Part shown: in pieces, positions 9,752 to 32,578 of the stretch
Layout: every line of letters starts with the position of its first letter
Numbering within the stretch: position 1 is the stretch's first letter
Assembly (NCBI GenBank): GCA_963842155.1
Contig: CAWJFP010000028.1
Coordinates: 48,899 to 112,898, forward strand
Length of the DNA: 64,000 nt
Direction of reading: 5' to 3'
From: an uncultured Pseudomonadota bacterium
GTDB taxonomy: Bacteria; Pseudomonadota; Alphaproteobacteria; JACZXZ01
Translations under genes and position numbers: made by a program
The notes under the pieces: generated by a model
What the model was told of the DNA's origin: nothing
Seen by the model: only the letters and a program-made list of their open reading frames with translations
Databases searched by the model: none

Positions 9752-10785
9752 TGCGCGTCCTCCTCGTGACCGACGCCTGGTTCCCCCAGGTGAACGGCGT
9801 GGTGCGCACCCTCGATGCGGTGCGCCGCGCCATCCTCGCCGACGGCCACGAGATGCGCATTGTTTCGCCGCGGCAGTTCCGCACCCTCCCCTGCCCCACC
9901 TATCCCGAGATCAGGCTCGCCCTCCTGCCGGGGCGGCGGATGGCGGCGGCCATCGAAGAGACGGCGCCCGACGCCATCCATATCGCGACCGAAGGTCCGC
10001 TCGGCTTCGCCGCGCGCAGCGCCGCCCTCAAGCGCGGCCTTGCCTTCACCACCTCGTTCCACACCCGCTTTCCGGACTATGTCCATGCCCGCTGCGGCGT
10101 GCCCCCCGATTGGATCTATCTCCTCCTCCGCCGCTTTCATAATGCCGGCGCCGGCGTGATGGCGGCGACGCGCTCGTTGCGCGAGGAGCTGGAAGGGCGC
10201 GGCTTCCTTCGCGTGCTGCCCTGGAGCCGCGGCGTCGACGGCACGCTCTTCCGGCCGCGCGACAAAGGCTTCCTCGCGCATAAGCGGCCGATCTGGCTCT
10301 ATGTCGGGCGGCTCGCGGTCGAGAAGAACGTCGAGGCGTTTCTGCGGCTGCGCCTGCCGGGGACCCAGCTTGTGGTGGGCGACGGGCCGCAACGCGCCGA
10401 GCTCGAGCGGCGCTATCCCGAGGCGGTCTATGCGGGCCCTAAAAGCGGCGAGGAGCTCGCCCGTCATTACGCGGCGAGCGACGTCTTCGTCTTCCCGAGC
10501 CGCACCGACACCTTCGGCCTGGTGCTGCTCGAGGCGCTCGCCTCCGGCCTGCCGGTCGCGGCCTATCCGGTGCCGGGGCCGCTCGACGTGATCGGCGATT
10601 CCGGCACCGGCGCGCTCGACGAGGATCTGGAGAAGGCTTGTCACGCAGCGCTTGCCATTCCGGGCGATCATTGCCGCGCTTATGCGCTGCAGTTCTCTTG
10701 GGCGGCCTGCGCGCGGCAGTTCCTGGGCAATCTATACCGCACCAACGGCGACGCGATGAAGGAAAGCTGGGCGCCCGAGAGGTAA
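9751..10785 (+). CDS. Glycosyltransferase family 4 (Agt-like glycolipid synthase)
   Basis: MRVLLVTDAWFPQVNGVVRT, HIATEGPLG, FPSRTDTFGLVLLEALASG; TGATG overlap with the upstream gene. Confidence 0.92.
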   Translation: MRVLLVTDAWFPQVNGVVRTLDAVRRAILADGHEMRIVSPRQFRTLPCPTYPEIRLALLPGRRMAAAIEETAPDAIHIATEGPLGFAARSAALKRGLAFTTSFHTRFPDYVHARCGVPPDWIYLLLRRFHNAGAGVMAATRSLREELEGRGFLRVLPWSRGVDGTLFRPRDKGFLAHKRPIWLYVGRLAVEKNVEAFLRLRLPGTQLVVGDGPQRAELERRYPEAVYAGPKSGEELARHYAASDVFVFPSRTDTFGLVLLEALASGLPVAAYPVPGPLDVIGDSGTGALDEDLEKACHAALAIPGDHCRAYALQFSWAACARQFLGNLYRTNGDAMKESWAPER

Positions 10786-10787
10786 GT

Positions 10788-10862
10788 TGGTGCCGCGAGC
10801 CGGACTTGAACCGGCAGTCACGGATTACAAATCCGTTGGTTTACCAATTAACCGATCGCGGC
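10788..10862 (-). tRNA. tRNA-Thr(TGT), atypical D arm
   Basis: Cloverleaf: acceptor GCCGCGA/TCGCGGC + A-CCA, D stem GGTT/AACC, anticodon arm ACGGA-TTTGTAA-TCCGT, T arm GCCGG-TTCAAGT-CCGGC. Confidence 0.85.
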
Positions 10863-10972
10863 ATCGCAAGTTCCGGGCGGCGGCTCTCCGGACGAAGATA
10901 AGCCCTGAGGAAGGGCCGCGCCAGCGCGCCCGGTGCCTAACGGTCGCGGCGGCGGGAGCGCAGATGCCGGCC

Positions 10973-11902
10973 TTACGCGCCCCGACCTCGCGCATATTCG
11001 TAAAGCGCGATCGCGGCGGCGGCGGCGACGTTCAAGCCGGCGGCGCCCTCCGGCGCCATCGGTATCCGCAGCAAGATGTCGCAGGTCTCGCGCGTCAGGC
11101 GGCGCAGCCCTTCTCCTTCCGCGCCCAGCACGAGCGCGGTGCGGCCCGCGAGCTTGGCCTCGGCGAGGCTTTGCGGCGCATCGGCATCGAGGCCGGCGCA
11201 CCAGAAGTCGGCTCCCTTGAGGTCCTCCATGGCGCGGACGAGATTGGTCACACGGACGAGCGGCACCTTTTCGAGCGCGCCCGAGGCGGCCTTGGCGAGC
11301 GAGGCGGTCGCGGCGGGGGCATGGCGCTCGGTCACGATCACCGCCAGCGCGCCGAATCCGGCGGCGGCGCGCAGCACGGCGCCGACATTCTGCGGATCCG
11401 TCACCTGATCGAGCAGCAGCAGCAGCGCGCGCTCTTGGCCCGCCACGCCGCGGCAGATCTCGTCGAGCTCGACATCCGGCAGGGGCCCGGCCTCGAGCGC
11501 GATCCCTTGATGCACGGTCGCGGGCGGCAAAAGCCGGTCGATGTCGCCGCGCGCAACGATCTCGCGCGCCATCTGCGCCCGATTGCCGGCGACAAGCGCC
11601 GCGCCGAGACGGTGGCCCAACGCGCGCGCCACCTCCTCCGTCAGCAGGAGGCGCCGACAGGGCCGCGTGGGATTGGCGAGCGCCGCCAGGACGGGATGGA
11701 CGCCGAAAAGCCAGATGACGTCCGGATGACGCTCACGCGCGGGTTTGCGTCGGCGCGGACGCCGCGCGGGCCGCGGATTTTCAGGCCCGGGATATGCTGG
11801 ACCAGGCGGCGCCGCGCCGGAGGGGGGCGGGAGCGGGTTACTGCGGTTTTGCCTGCGCGGAGCGTAGCTGCCGCCGATGCGGCCGGGCTTGCGTTTTGCC
11901 AT
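10973..11902 (-). CDS. rlmB: 23S rRNA Gm2251 methyltransferase (TrmH/SpoU family)
   Basis: HQGIAL, LDQVTDPQNVGAVLR, KAASGALE, GAEGEGLRRL, LNVA. Confidence 0.9.
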   Translation of the reverse strand: MAKRKPGRIGGSYAPRRQNRSNPLPPPSGAAPPGPAYPGPENPRPARRPRRRKPARERHPDVIWLFGVHPVLAALANPTRPCRRLLLTEEVARALGHRLGAALVAGNRAQMAREIVARGDIDRLLPPATVHQGIALEAGPLPDVELDEICRGVAGQERALLLLLDQVTDPQNVGAVLRAAAGFGALAVIVTERHAPAATASLAKAASGALEKVPLVRVTNLVRAMEDLKGADFWCAGLDADAPQSLAEAKLAGRTALVLGAEGEGLRRLTRETCDILLRIPMAPEGAAGLNVAAAAAIALYEYARGRGA

Positions 11903-12069
11903 GACCCTGTCCTATTATTCGCCTCAGACACGGTTCGCAACGACCCTCCTGCCGCGGTGCTTATCCGGGAGCAAGCGGTGGGGCGGGTGTTTTGTCGTGT
12001 TTGGACATTGACTTTCGAGGATGAATCCACTTACTTGCGTCTTCCGTCGCGGGCCCCTCGGGAGCCCGA

Positions 12070-12155
12070 GGAGGGGTGCCCGAGTGGCTAAAGGGGACGG
12101 GCTGTAAACCCGTTGGCGTACGCCTACGTAGGTTCGAATCCTACCCCCTCCACCA
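12070..12155 (+). tRNA. tRNA-Tyr(GTA)
   Basis: GGAGGGG...CTGTAAA loop, long variable arm, GTTCGAATC, CCA end. Confidence 0.96.
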
Positions 12156-12191
12156 GCCCCTTCGGGAGCGGCGCGCGGAGGCCCAATCGCT

Positions 12192-12265
<74 letters not shown>

Positions 12266-12284
12266 TGGTCGGAGCCGGCCGCAT

Positions 12285-12361
12285 AGGAGTGTAGCTCAAT
12301 TGGCTAGAGCACCGGTCTCCAAAACCGGGGGTTGGGGGTTCGAGTCCCTCCACTCCTGCCA
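12285..12361 (+). tRNA. tRNA-Trp(CCA)
   Basis: AGGAGTGTAGCTCAATTGG...CTCCAAA...CACTCCTGCCA; immediately upstream of secE. Confidence 0.96.
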
Positions 12362-12427
12362 GTCCGGCTCATCCGGCTTGTCGCCTGGCTTCGAGTGGTC
12401 GCAAAGAAACGAATGGTTCGCGAACAA

Positions 12428-12619
12428 ATGATCAATCCAGGCGAATTTATCCAACAAGTGCGCCAAGAGGTGTCGAAGGTCACCTGGCCCAGCCGCAAGG
12501 AGACCCTTGTGACCACGGGCATGGTGTTCCTCATGGTTTTCCTGGCCGCCATGTTCTTCTTCGTCGTCGATCAGGTGCTGGCGCTCGGCGTGCGCACGAT
12601 CCTCGGGCTGGGAAGCTGA
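12428..12619 (+). CDS. secE: Preprotein translocase SecE (alternative start 12413)
   Basis: VRQEVSKVTWPSRKET plus one TM segment; between tRNA-Trp and nusG. Confidence 0.93.
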   Translation: MINPGEFIQQVRQEVSKVTWPSRKETLVTTGMVFLMVFLAAMFFFVVDQVLALGVRTILGLGS

Positions 12620-12621
12620 CC

Positions 12622-13152
12622 ATGGCCGCACGGTGGTACGTGCTGCACGTCTATTCCGGCTTCGAGAAGAAGGTCGCGCAATCGATCCGCGACCAGGCGG
12701 CGCAGAAGGGCGTGGCCGACAAGATCGAGCAAGTCATGGTGCCGGTCGAGGAAGTGGTCGAGATGCGCCGCGGCGCCAAGGTGCAGACCGAGCGGAAGTT
12801 CTTCCCCGGCTATGTGCTGATCAAGATGGAGATGGACGACGAGACCTGGCATCTCGTGAAGAACACGCCGAAGGTGACCGGCTTCCTGGGCGACAAGGGC
12901 AAGCCGATCGCCATCAGCGAGCGCGAGGCCGCCCATATCCTGCATCAGATGCAAGAGGGCGTGGAGCGGCCGAAGCCCTCGATCACCTTCGAGATCGGCG
13001 AGCAGGTGAGGGTCTGCGACGGCCCCTTCACCTCCTTCAACGGCCTCGTCGAGGAGATCGACGAGGAGCGCGCGCGGCTCAAGGTGTCGGTCTCGATCTT
13101 CGGGCGCTCGACCCCGGTCGAGCTGGAATATTCGCAAGTCGAGAAGGTGTGA
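12622..13152 (+). CDS. nusG: Transcription termination/antitermination factor NusG
   Basis: WYVLHVYSGFE, FFPGYVL, KOW motif, IFGRSTPVEL. Confidence 0.98.
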   Translation: MAARWYVLHVYSGFEKKVAQSIRDQAAQKGVADKIEQVMVPVEEVVEMRRGAKVQTERKFFPGYVLIKMEMDDETWHLVKNTPKVTGFLGDKGKPIAISEREAAHILHQMQEGVERPKPSITFEIGEQVRVCDGPFTSFNGLVEEIDEERARLKVSVSIFGRSTPVELEYSQVEKV

Positions 13153-13256
13153 AGGACGGCGCCGGCGCGTCCCGGTTCCGCTCGAGGCTGAAAATTCGCG
13201 GCAGGCCCGCCACGGCCGTACCGCGGCCCCGTCACCAGAGAGGGTGAGGAAGAGAA

Positions 13257-13685
13257 ATGGCGAAGAAGATCGATGGCTATATCAAGCTGCAGGTGCCGGC
13301 GGGCGCGGCCAATCCCTCGCCGCCGATCGGCCCTGCTTTGGGCCAGCGCGGGCTCAATATCATGGAGTTCTGCAAGTCGTTCAATGCCGCGACCCAGAAC
13401 CTCGAGAAGGGCATGCCCATCCCCGTGGTGATCACGGTCTTCTCCGACCGCTCCTTCACCTTCCAGACCAAATCGCCGCCGGCGAGCTATTTCCTCAAGC
13501 GCGCCGCCGGCATCGAGAAAGGCAGCCCGACGGCGGGCCGCGATCCCGTCGGCCGCGTCAGCATGACGCAGATCCGCGAGATCGCCGGCCAGAAGATGAA
13601 GGATCTGAACGCCAACGACGTCGAGGCGGCCGCCAGGATGCTGGCCGGCACCGCGCGCTCGATGGGCCTCGAAGTGGTGGAGTAG
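13257..13685 (+). CDS. rplK: 50S ribosomal protein L11
   Basis: [23 protein letters not shown]. Confidence 0.98.
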   Translation: MAKKIDGYIKLQVPAGAANPSPPIGPALGQRGLNIMEFCKSFNAATQNLEKGMPIPVVITVFSDRSFTFQTKSPPASYFLKRAAGIEKGSPTAGRDPVGRVSMTQIREIAGQKMKDLNANDVEAAARMLAGTARSMGLEVVE

Positions 13686-13689
13686 ACCC

Positions 13690-14400
13690 ATGGCAACGCA
13701 TGGCAAGCGCCTCCGCGGCGCCTACGAGAAGATCGACCGGGCCCGCTTCTACCCCCTCCGGGAGGCAGTCAAGCTATTGAAGGAATTCGCTAAACTGAAG
13801 TTCGACGAGACCGTCGAGATCGCCATGAACCTGGGCATCGACCCGCGCCATTCGGATCAGCAGGTGCGCGGCGTCGTCTCGCTGCCGCACGGCACGGGCA
13901 AGAGCGTACGGGTCGCCGTCTTCGCCAAGGGCGACAAGGCGAAGGACGCCCAGGCCGCCGGCGCCGACATCGTTGGCGCCGAGGATCTTGCGGAAAGGGT
14001 CCAGCAGGGCCAAATAGACTTCGATCGTGTGATCGCAGCCCCCGACATGATGGCGGTGGTGGGCCGGCTCGGAAAAATTCTGGGGCCGCGCGGCCTCATG
14101 CCGAACCCGAAGCTGGGTACCGTGACCGCCGACGTGGCCAAGGCGGTGAAGGAGGCCAAGGCGGGCCAGGTGCAGTACCGCGCCGAGAAGGCCGGAATTC
14201 TGCATGCCGGCATCGGCAAGACCAGCTTCTCCGAGGATGCGATCATGGAGAATGTGCGCGCCTTCTACGACGCCGTGGCCAAGGCGAAGCCCAGCGGCGT
14301 GAAGGGTACTTTCGTCAAGAAGGTCTCGCTGAGTTCGACCATGGGGCCGGGCATGAAGCTCGATCTGGGCTCGCTCGGCGGCAGCGCCGGCGCGGCCTGA
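13690..14400 (+). CDS. rplA: 50S ribosomal protein L1
   Basis: [30 protein letters not shown]. Confidence 0.98.
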   Translation: MATHGKRLRGAYEKIDRARFYPLREAVKLLKEFAKLKFDETVEIAMNLGIDPRHSDQQVRGVVSLPHGTGKSVRVAVFAKGDKAKDAQAAGADIVGAEDLAERVQQGQIDFDRVIAAPDMMAVVGRLGKILGPRGLMPNPKLGTVTADVAKAVKEAKAGQVQYRAEKAGILHAGIGKTSFSEDAIMENVRAFYDAVAKAKPSGVKGTFVKKVSLSSTMGPGMKLDLGSLGGSAGAA

Positions 14401-14521
14401 GGCGTTTCGAGATTGGCCGCTCTCGGGCATTCGCCCGCAGGGCGGCCGCGGGCTTTGAGATCTGCCGCTTCCGGGCCCTGCCCGGCTGCGGCAAGGAGGG
14501 GCCGGCCTTGGCCGGTCCCGA

Positions 14522-14589
14522 CCTGTCCAAGACTGCAGGTGCCGCGGCCGAGCGCCAAGGCATAAAGGGCGACCGCCTGCATAGACGGG
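14522..14589 (+). promoter_or_regulatory. L10 ribosomal protein leader (autogenous control)
   Basis: CCTGTCCAAGACTGCAGG...CCTGCATAGACGGG pattern directly upstream of rplJ. Confidence 0.7.
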
Positions 14590-14761
14590 AGTTGGACCCG
14601 GACTTCCGGAGAGCGCCCGCGAGGGCGCCTCTCCGAGGACGGGCTTGAACTTCTGGGACAGGGTGAGCCGGACCTCCGGTTCGACCCGGGGGTCCAGAGC
14701 GCAACCGACCCCGAAGACCCCGCGAGAGGGGCCGTTCGGGGCAGAGGAAGCGGAGAAGACG

Positions 14762-15280
14762 GTGCAACGCACGGAGAAACAGGAGCTGGTCTCCTCGCTC
14801 AAAAGCACCTTCCAGGAGGCCGCGATGGTGGTCGTCACCCACCAGAACGGGCTCACCGTGGCCGAGATTACGGAGCTGCGGCGGAAGATGCGGCAGGCGG
14901 GTGGCCGCTTCAAGGTGACCAAGAACCGTCTCGCGCGCCTCGCCTTGCAGGGCACGCCATATGAAGGGCTCGCGCATCTCTTTACCGGTCCCACCGCGAT
15001 CGCCATCTCGAGCGATCCGGTGGCGGCGGCGAAGACGGCGGTCGACTTCTCGAAGACTCACGAGAAGCTACGGATCACCGGCGGTGCGTTGGGCCAGCGC
15101 GTGCTCGATGCCGAGGGCGTCAAGTCGCTCGCCACGCTGCCGTCCTTGGACGTGTTGCGCGGCAGGCTGCTTGGCCTCATCGCCACGCCGGCGACGCGAA
15201 TCGCCAGCCTGCTCAAGGCGCCCGCAGGACAGCTCGCGCGCGTCCTGCAGGCCCATGCCACCAAAGGCGAGGCGGCATAG
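14762..15280 (+). CDS. rplJ: 50S ribosomal protein L10
   Basis: GTG start; GLTVAEITELRR, KVTKNRLA, LATLPSLD; position in operon. Confidence 0.95.
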   Translation: MQRTEKQELVSSLKSTFQEAAMVVVTHQNGLTVAEITELRRKMRQAGGRFKVTKNRLARLALQGTPYEGLAHLFTGPTAIAISSDPVAAAKTAVDFSKTHEKLRITGGALGQRVLDAEGVKSLATLPSLDVLRGRLLGLIATPATRIASLLKAPAGQLARVLQAHATKGEAA

Positions 15281-15323
15281 ACCCCCGAAGTAACCCGAAG
15301 TTCAAGCTCAAGGAGAGACTTAA

Positions 15324-15698
15324 ATGGCCGATCTAGCGCATCTCGTGAACGAGCTCTCGAAGCTCACCGTCATCGAGGCAGCCGAGCTCAGCAAGCTCTT
15401 GGAAGAGAAGTGGGGCGTCTCCGCCGCCGCGCAGGTCGCGGTCGCGGCGGCACCGGCCGCTGCCGCCGCGCCCGCCGCCGAGGAGCAGACCGAGTTCAGC
15501 GTCATCCTGGCGGCGAGCGGCGAGAAGAAGATCAACGTGATCAAGGAGGTCCGCGCCATCACCGGGCTCGGCCTCAAGGAAGCCAAGGATCTGGTCGAGG
15601 GCGCGCCCAAGGCGGTCAAGGAAGGCGTCAGCAAGGACGAGGCTGCCAAGCTCAGGAAGCAGCTCGAGGACGCCGGCGCCACGGTCGAGGTGAAGTAG
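15324..15698 (+). CDS. rplL: 50S ribosomal protein L7/L12
   Basis: [34 protein letters not shown]. Confidence 0.98.
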   Translation: MADLAHLVNELSKLTVIEAAELSKLLEEKWGVSAAAQVAVAAAPAAAAAPAAEEQTEFSVILAASGEKKINVIKEVRAITGLGLKEAKDLVEGAPKAVKEGVSKDEAAKLRKQLEDAGATVEVK

Positions 15699-15736
15699 GC
15701 GGGTCGCGGCCCCCACCCGGCTAGCTGCGCTCGCCA

Positions 15737-15806
15737 CCCTCTCCCTCGGCGGGGGAGAGGGTTTGCGCAGTGCCGCGCTGAGCCCTCTCCCCTCGAGGAA
15801 GAGGGC
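15737..15806. repeat. Pair of CCCTCTCCC...GGGAGAGGG palindromes (REP-like)
   Basis: Two hairpins, 15737-15761 and 15782-15806, in the rplL-rpoB spacer; related copy at 24392. Confidence 0.6.
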
Positions 15807-15920
15807 GGACGGGCGCCGGAAGGCGCCGGGCGGGCGAGGGGTACCGGCGCTTCAAGCGTTGGTCTTGCCGTCTCGATTTCGAGCCGGCGCATGGTTTAGG
15901 TACGAGGAGCGGAACGAGCA

Positions 15921-20084
<4,164 letters not shown>

Positions 20085-20157
20085 GACGGCCGGGCGAGCC
20101 GCCGAGGCCAAAGGAAGTGACGCGCGCCGCACCCGCGAGGGACGGCGCGCCGGATAG

Positions 20158-24360
<4,203 letters not shown>

Positions 24361-24391
24361 GCCGCCAGTTGCGTCGCACGAGCTAGCCCAA

Positions 24392-24452
24392 CCCTCTCTC
24401 CTCCTTCGCCGGGGAGAGGGCGGGTGGGGCCAGGCGACTTCCGGTGAGGGGC
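24392..24452. repeat. CCCTCTC...GGGGAGAGGG / GGTGAGGGG palindromic repeat
   Basis: Same family as 15737-15806; lies after the rpoC stop. Confidence 0.5.
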
Positions 24453-24572
24453 TCTTGCGGACTGCGGCCTCCGTGACGGGGCGGGTCCGAGCCCCGATCT
24501 ATCCTCGCCGCGGCGCTTCCTCCCCGCGCGCCCGTCGCGACCGGAAAAGGGCGAAATTCCTCATACCGGCGC

Positions 24573-24601
24573 TTGACGGCGCCTTGAGCGGGACATAGTA
24601 T
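24573..24601 (+). promoter_or_regulatory. Sigma70 promoter of the str operon
   Basis: TTGACG-N17-TAGTAT followed by a GC-rich discriminator, upstream of rpsL. Confidence 0.7.
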
Positions 24602-24808
24602 GCGGCGCCTTTGGTTGGGGGTTGGCGGTAGGCGATCCGCCTAGACGCAACTCCCGGGTTCAGAAAGCCCGAACACAATTCGATTTACGCCTTTCGCGGG
24701 TTGGCGAAGAGAACCCGCGCGGAGCGGGGCTCGCGCCACCGCTCGTGTTTTGTTTGCACGGACGATGCGCCGCCCCGGGGCGGCGGATAGGGCAGAGGAT
24801 AGGACGGA

Positions 24809-25180
24809 ATGCCGACGATCAACCAGCTGGTGCGCCATCCGCGCCGGCCGCAGCCGGCGAAGAACAAGGTGCCGGCGCTGCAGGAATGCCCGCAGAAGCG
24901 CGGCGTCTGCACGCGCGTCTACACCACCACGCCGAAGAAGCCGAACTCGGCCTTGCGCAAGGTGGCGCGCGTGCGGCTCACCAACGGCTTCGAGGTCACC
25001 AGCTACATCCCCGGCGAGGGTCATAATCTGCAGGAGCATTCCGTGGTGCTGATCCGCGGCGGCCGCGTCAAGGACCTGCCGGGCGTGCGCTACCACATCA
25101 TCCGCGGCACCCTCGACACGCAGGGCGTGAACGACCGCCGCCAGCGCCGGTCGAAATACGGCGCCAAGCGGCCGAAGTAA
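24809..25180 (+). CDS. rpsL: 30S ribosomal protein S12
   Basis: [31 protein letters not shown]. Confidence 0.99.
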   Translation: MPTINQLVRHPRRPQPAKNKVPALQECPQKRGVCTRVYTTTPKKPNSALRKVARVRLTNGFEVTSYIPGEGHNLQEHSVVLIRGGRVKDLPGVRYHIIRGTLDTQGVNDRRQRRSKYGAKRPK

Positions 25181-25666
<486 letters not shown>

Positions 25667-25682
25667 CCGCGAGAGCCCGATC

Positions 25683-27758
<2,076 letters not shown>

Positions 27759-27804
27759 CCGCCGTCGATAAAGCGACGTCATCTCGCGGAATGGAGAGAC
27801 CAAA

Positions 27805-28997
<1,193 letters not shown>

Positions 28998-29048
28998 ACA
29001 GGCTGATAGGAGAGCCCGGGCGCGCGACCCGGGCGGAAGGCGACGAAC

Positions 29049-29363
<315 letters not shown>

Positions 29364-29375
29364 GGGATGACGGCA

Positions 29376-30098
29376 ATGCGTACCGGGCTCGTCGCGCGCA
29401 AGGTCGGCATGACCCGCCTCTTCCGGGAGAGCGGCGAGCATGTGCCCGTCACCGTGCTTCAGGTCGAGGCCTGCCAGGTGGTGGCCCAGCGCACCCGGGA
29501 GACGGACGGCTATACCGCCCTCCAGCTCGGCGTCGGCAAAGCCAAGGTCAAGGCGCTCACCAAGGGCGAGCGCGGCCATTTCGCCAAGGCCAAGGTCGAG
29601 CCCAAGCGCAAGCTGGTCGAGTTCCGCGTCAGCCCCGACGCTCTCATCGAGGTGGGCGCCGAGCTCTCGGTCGAGCATTTCCTGCCCGGCCAATTCGTCG
29701 ACGTGACCGGCACCACCATCGGCAAGGGTTTCGCCGGCGCCATCAAGCGCCATCATTTCGGCGGTCTGCGCGCGAGCCACGGCGTCTCGATCTCCCATCG
29801 CAGCCACGGCTCGACCGGCCACCGCCAGGATCCGGGCAAGACCTTCAAGGGCAAGAAGATGGCCGGCCATCTGGGCGACTGCCGGCGCACCACGCAGAAC
29901 GTCAAGGTGGCGGCGACCGACGCTGCGCGCGGCCTCATCATGATCGAGGGCGCGGTGCCGGGCGCGGCCGGGGGCTATGTGCTGGTGCGCGACGCGGTCA
30001 AGCGGCCGGCGCCCAAGGATCTCCCCTTCCCCGGCGCCGTGGTGAAGGCGCCGTCGACCGCGGCACCCGAGGCCGCCGCCGGGACGAGCGAGGCATGA
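29376..30098 (+). CDS. rplC: 50S ribosomal protein L3
   Basis: [28 protein letters not shown]. Confidence 0.97.
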   Translation: MRTGLVARKVGMTRLFRESGEHVPVTVLQVEACQVVAQRTRETDGYTALQLGVGKAKVKALTKGERGHFAKAKVEPKRKLVEFRVSPDALIEVGAELSVEHFLPGQFVDVTGTTIGKGFAGAIKRHHFGGLRASHGVSISHRSHGSTGHRQDPGKTFKGKKMAGHLGDCRRTTQNVKVAATDAARGLIMIEGAVPGAAGGYVLVRDAVKRPAPKDLPFPGAVVKAPSTAAPEAAAGTSEA

Positions 30099-30103
30099 GC
30101 GCC

Positions 30104-30724
30104 ATGAAGGCCAAGATCATCAATCTCGACAACAAGTCGGTCGGCGAGCTCGAGCTCGAGGAGGCCGTGTTCGGCGTGGCGCTGCGCAAGGACATCCTCG
30201 CGCGCATGGTCAATTGGCAACTCGCCAAGCGCCGCCAAGGCACGCACAAGACCAAGGGCATCAGCGACATCAGCGGCACGACCAAGAAGCCCTACAAGCA
30301 GAAGGGCACCGGCCGTGCGCGGCAGGGCAGCCTGCGCTCGCCCCAGTTCCGCGGCGGCGCCGTGATCTTCGGCCCGGTGGTGCGCAGCCACGCCTTCGAC
30401 CTGCAGAAGAAGGTGCGGAAGCTCGCCTTGCGCACGGCCCTCTCGGCCAAGCAGGCCGAGGGCAAGCTCGTCGTCATCGACGAGGCGCGCATCGCCGAGG
30501 CCAAGACAGGCGCGCTCGCCAAGCGCCTCGGCAAGCTCGGCTGGGCGTCGGTGCTGATCATCGACGGGCCGGAGCTCGACGCCAATTTCGCGCGCGCCGC
30601 GCGCAACCTGCCCGGGGTGGACCTGCTGCCCCAGCAGGGCGCCAACGTCTACGACATCCTGCGCCGTGACACCCTCGTGCTCACCCGCGCGGCGGTCGAG
30701 AAGCTGCAGGAGCGCCTGCGATGA
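30104..30724 (+). CDS. rplD: 50S ribosomal protein L4
   Basis: [25 protein letters not shown] (3' end of ORF 28265-30724). Confidence 0.97.
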   Translation: MKAKIINLDNKSVGELELEEAVFGVALRKDILARMVNWQLAKRRQGTHKTKGISDISGTTKKPYKQKGTGRARQGSLRSPQFRGGAVIFGPVVRSHAFDLQKKVRKLALRTALSAKQAEGKLVVIDEARIAEAKTGALAKRLGKLGWASVLIIDGPELDANFARAARNLPGVDLLPQQGANVYDILRRDTLVLTRAAVEKLQERLR

Positions 30725-31044
30725 CCAAGCGCCATTCCGGCAAGGCCGTAGTGAGCCAGGAGCGCATGTACGAGATCGTGCGCGCGCCGTTGGTGACGGA
30801 GAAGTCGACGCGCGGCTCGGAGCACAACCAGGTGACATTCCGCGTGCCGCTCGACGCTACCAAGCCCGAGATCAAGGCGGCGATCGAGGGCCTCTTCAAG
30901 GTCAAGGTGAAGGCGATCAACACTATCCGCCTCGCCGGCAAGACGAAGCGCTTCCGCGGCCGGATGGGGCGGCGCTCGGACATCAAGAAGGCGATCGTGT
31001 CGCTCGTCGAAGGCCAGACCATCGACGTGACCACGGGTATCTGA
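30721..31044 (+). CDS. rplW: 50S ribosomal protein L23
   Basis: [26 protein letters not shown]. Confidence 0.97.
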   Translation: MTKRHSGKAVVSQERMYEIVRAPLVTEKSTRGSEHNQVTFRVPLDATKPEIKAAIEGLFKVKVKAINTIRLAGKTKRFRGRMGRRSDIKKAIVSLVEGQTIDVTTGI

Positions 31045-31061
31045 GGGAGCGGCGGCAAACC

Positions 31062-31892
31062 ATGGCGCTCAAGACATTCAAGCCGGCCACCCCGAGCCTG
31101 CGCGGCCTCGTGATGGTCGACCGCTCGGAGTTGTGGAAGGGCAATCCCGTCAAGGCGCTCACCGAGGGCAAGCATTCCACCGGCGGGCGCAACAACCATG
31201 GCCATATCACGACCTGGCAGAAGGGCGGCGGGCACAAGCGCCGCTACCGCCTCGTCGATTTCGTGCGCCGCGCCAAATGGGGCATGCCGGCGGTGGTCGA
31301 GCGGCTGGAATACGACCCCAACCGCACCGCCTTCATCGCCCTCATCAAGTACGAGGACGGCGAGCTTGCCTACATTCTGGCCCCGCAGCGCCTCAAGGCG
31401 GGCGATACGGTGGTGGCGGGCGAGAAGGAGGACATCAAGCCGGGCAACGCCATGCCGCTCGCCAACATCCCCGTCGGCACCATCGTGCATAACGTCGAGA
31501 TGAAGGTGGGCAAGGGCGGGCAGCTCGCGCGCGCCGCGGGCGGCTACGTGCAGCTCGTCGGGCGCGATGCCGGCTATGCGCTCGTCAAGCTCGGCTCGGG
31601 CGAGGTGCGCATGGTGCGCGCCGAATGCATGGCGACGATCGGCGCCGTGTCGAATCCCGACCACGGCAACATCAAGATCGGCAAGGCCGGCCGCTCGCGC
31701 TGGCTCGGGCGCCGGCCGGTCGTGCGCGGGGTCGCCATGAACCCCATCGACCATCCCCATGGCGGCGGCGAGGGCCGCACCAAGGGCGGGCGCCATCCGG
31801 TGACGCCCTGGGGCATCGGCACCAAGGGCAAGCGCACGCGCAAGAACAAGGCGACGGGCAAGTACATCTTGCGCCGCCGCTTCCAGAAGTAG
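31062..31892 (+). CDS. rplB: 50S ribosomal protein L2
   Basis: [29 protein letters not shown]. Confidence 0.98.
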   Translation: MALKTFKPATPSLRGLVMVDRSELWKGNPVKALTEGKHSTGGRNNHGHITTWQKGGGHKRRYRLVDFVRRAKWGMPAVVERLEYDPNRTAFIALIKYEDGELAYILAPQRLKAGDTVVAGEKEDIKPGNAMPLANIPVGTIVHNVEMKVGKGGQLARAAGGYVQLVGRDAGYALVKLGSGEVRMVRAECMATIGAVSNPDHGNIKIGKAGRSRWLGRRPVVRGVAMNPIDHPHGGGEGRTKGGRHPVTPWGIGTKGKRTRKNKATGKYILRRRFQK

Positions 31893-31904
31893 AGGAGCGT
31901 CATC

Positions 31905-32183
31905 GTGTCTCGTTCGGTCTGGAAGGGTCCCTTCGTCGACGGCTTTCTCCTGAAGAAGGCCGAGAAGTCGCGCGAGTCGGGGCGCAAGGACGTGATCAGG
32001 ACCTGGTCGCGCCGCTCGACCATCCTGCCCCAGTTCGTCGGCATCACCTTCGGCGTCCATAACGGGCACAAGTTCATCCCCGTGCTGGTGACGGAGAACA
32101 TGGTGGGCCACAAGTTCGGCGAGTTCGCGCCGACCCGCACCTTCCACGGCCACGCCGCGGACAAGAAGGTGAAGAGGGCCTGA
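31905..32183 (+). CDS. rpsS: 30S ribosomal protein S19
   Basis: [23 protein letters not shown]. Confidence 0.98.
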   Translation: MSRSVWKGPFVDGFLLKKAEKSRESGRKDVIRTWSRRSTILPQFVGITFGVHNGHKFIPVLVTENMVGHKFGEFAPTRTFHGHAADKKVKRA

Positions 32184-32578
32184 TGGGCAAGCAAGCAAGC
32201 GAGCGACGCCTGGCCGATAACGAGGCCATGGCCTTCGCCAGCAGCATCCGCACCAGCGCGCGCAAGCTCAACCTCGTGGCCGAGAGCATCCGCGGGCTCA
32301 CGGCGGAGAAGGCGCTCGCCGAGCTCGCCTTCTCGCGCCGCCGCATCGCGGTCGAGGTCAAGAAGGTGCTCGCCGCTGCGATCGCCAATGCCGAGAACAA
32401 CCACCAGCTCGACGTGGACCGCCTCGTCGTCGCCGAGGCGACCGTCGGGCGCGCGCTGGTCATGAAGCGCTTCCATGCGCGGGCGCGCGGGCGCGGCGCG
32501 CGCGTCGAGAAGCCGTTCAGCAACCTCCGCATCGTCGTGCGCGAGCGGAGCGAGGCGAAAGCCGAGGAGAGAGCCTGA
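32183..32578 (+). CDS. rplV: 50S ribosomal protein L22
   Basis: [23 protein letters not shown]. Confidence 0.97.
   Translation: MGKQASERRLADNEAMAFASSIRTSARKLNLVAESIRGLTAEKALAELAFSRRRIAVEVKKVLAAAIANAENNHQLDVDRLVVAEATVGRALVMKRFHARARGRGARVEKPFSNLRIVVRERSEAKAEERA

Noticed and set aside
8980-10785. 601-aa phosphoesterase-GT4 fusion
   Set aside because: The conserved phosphoesterase C-terminus (NDGDWVES) is in another frame ending in a TGATG overlap, so these are two genes
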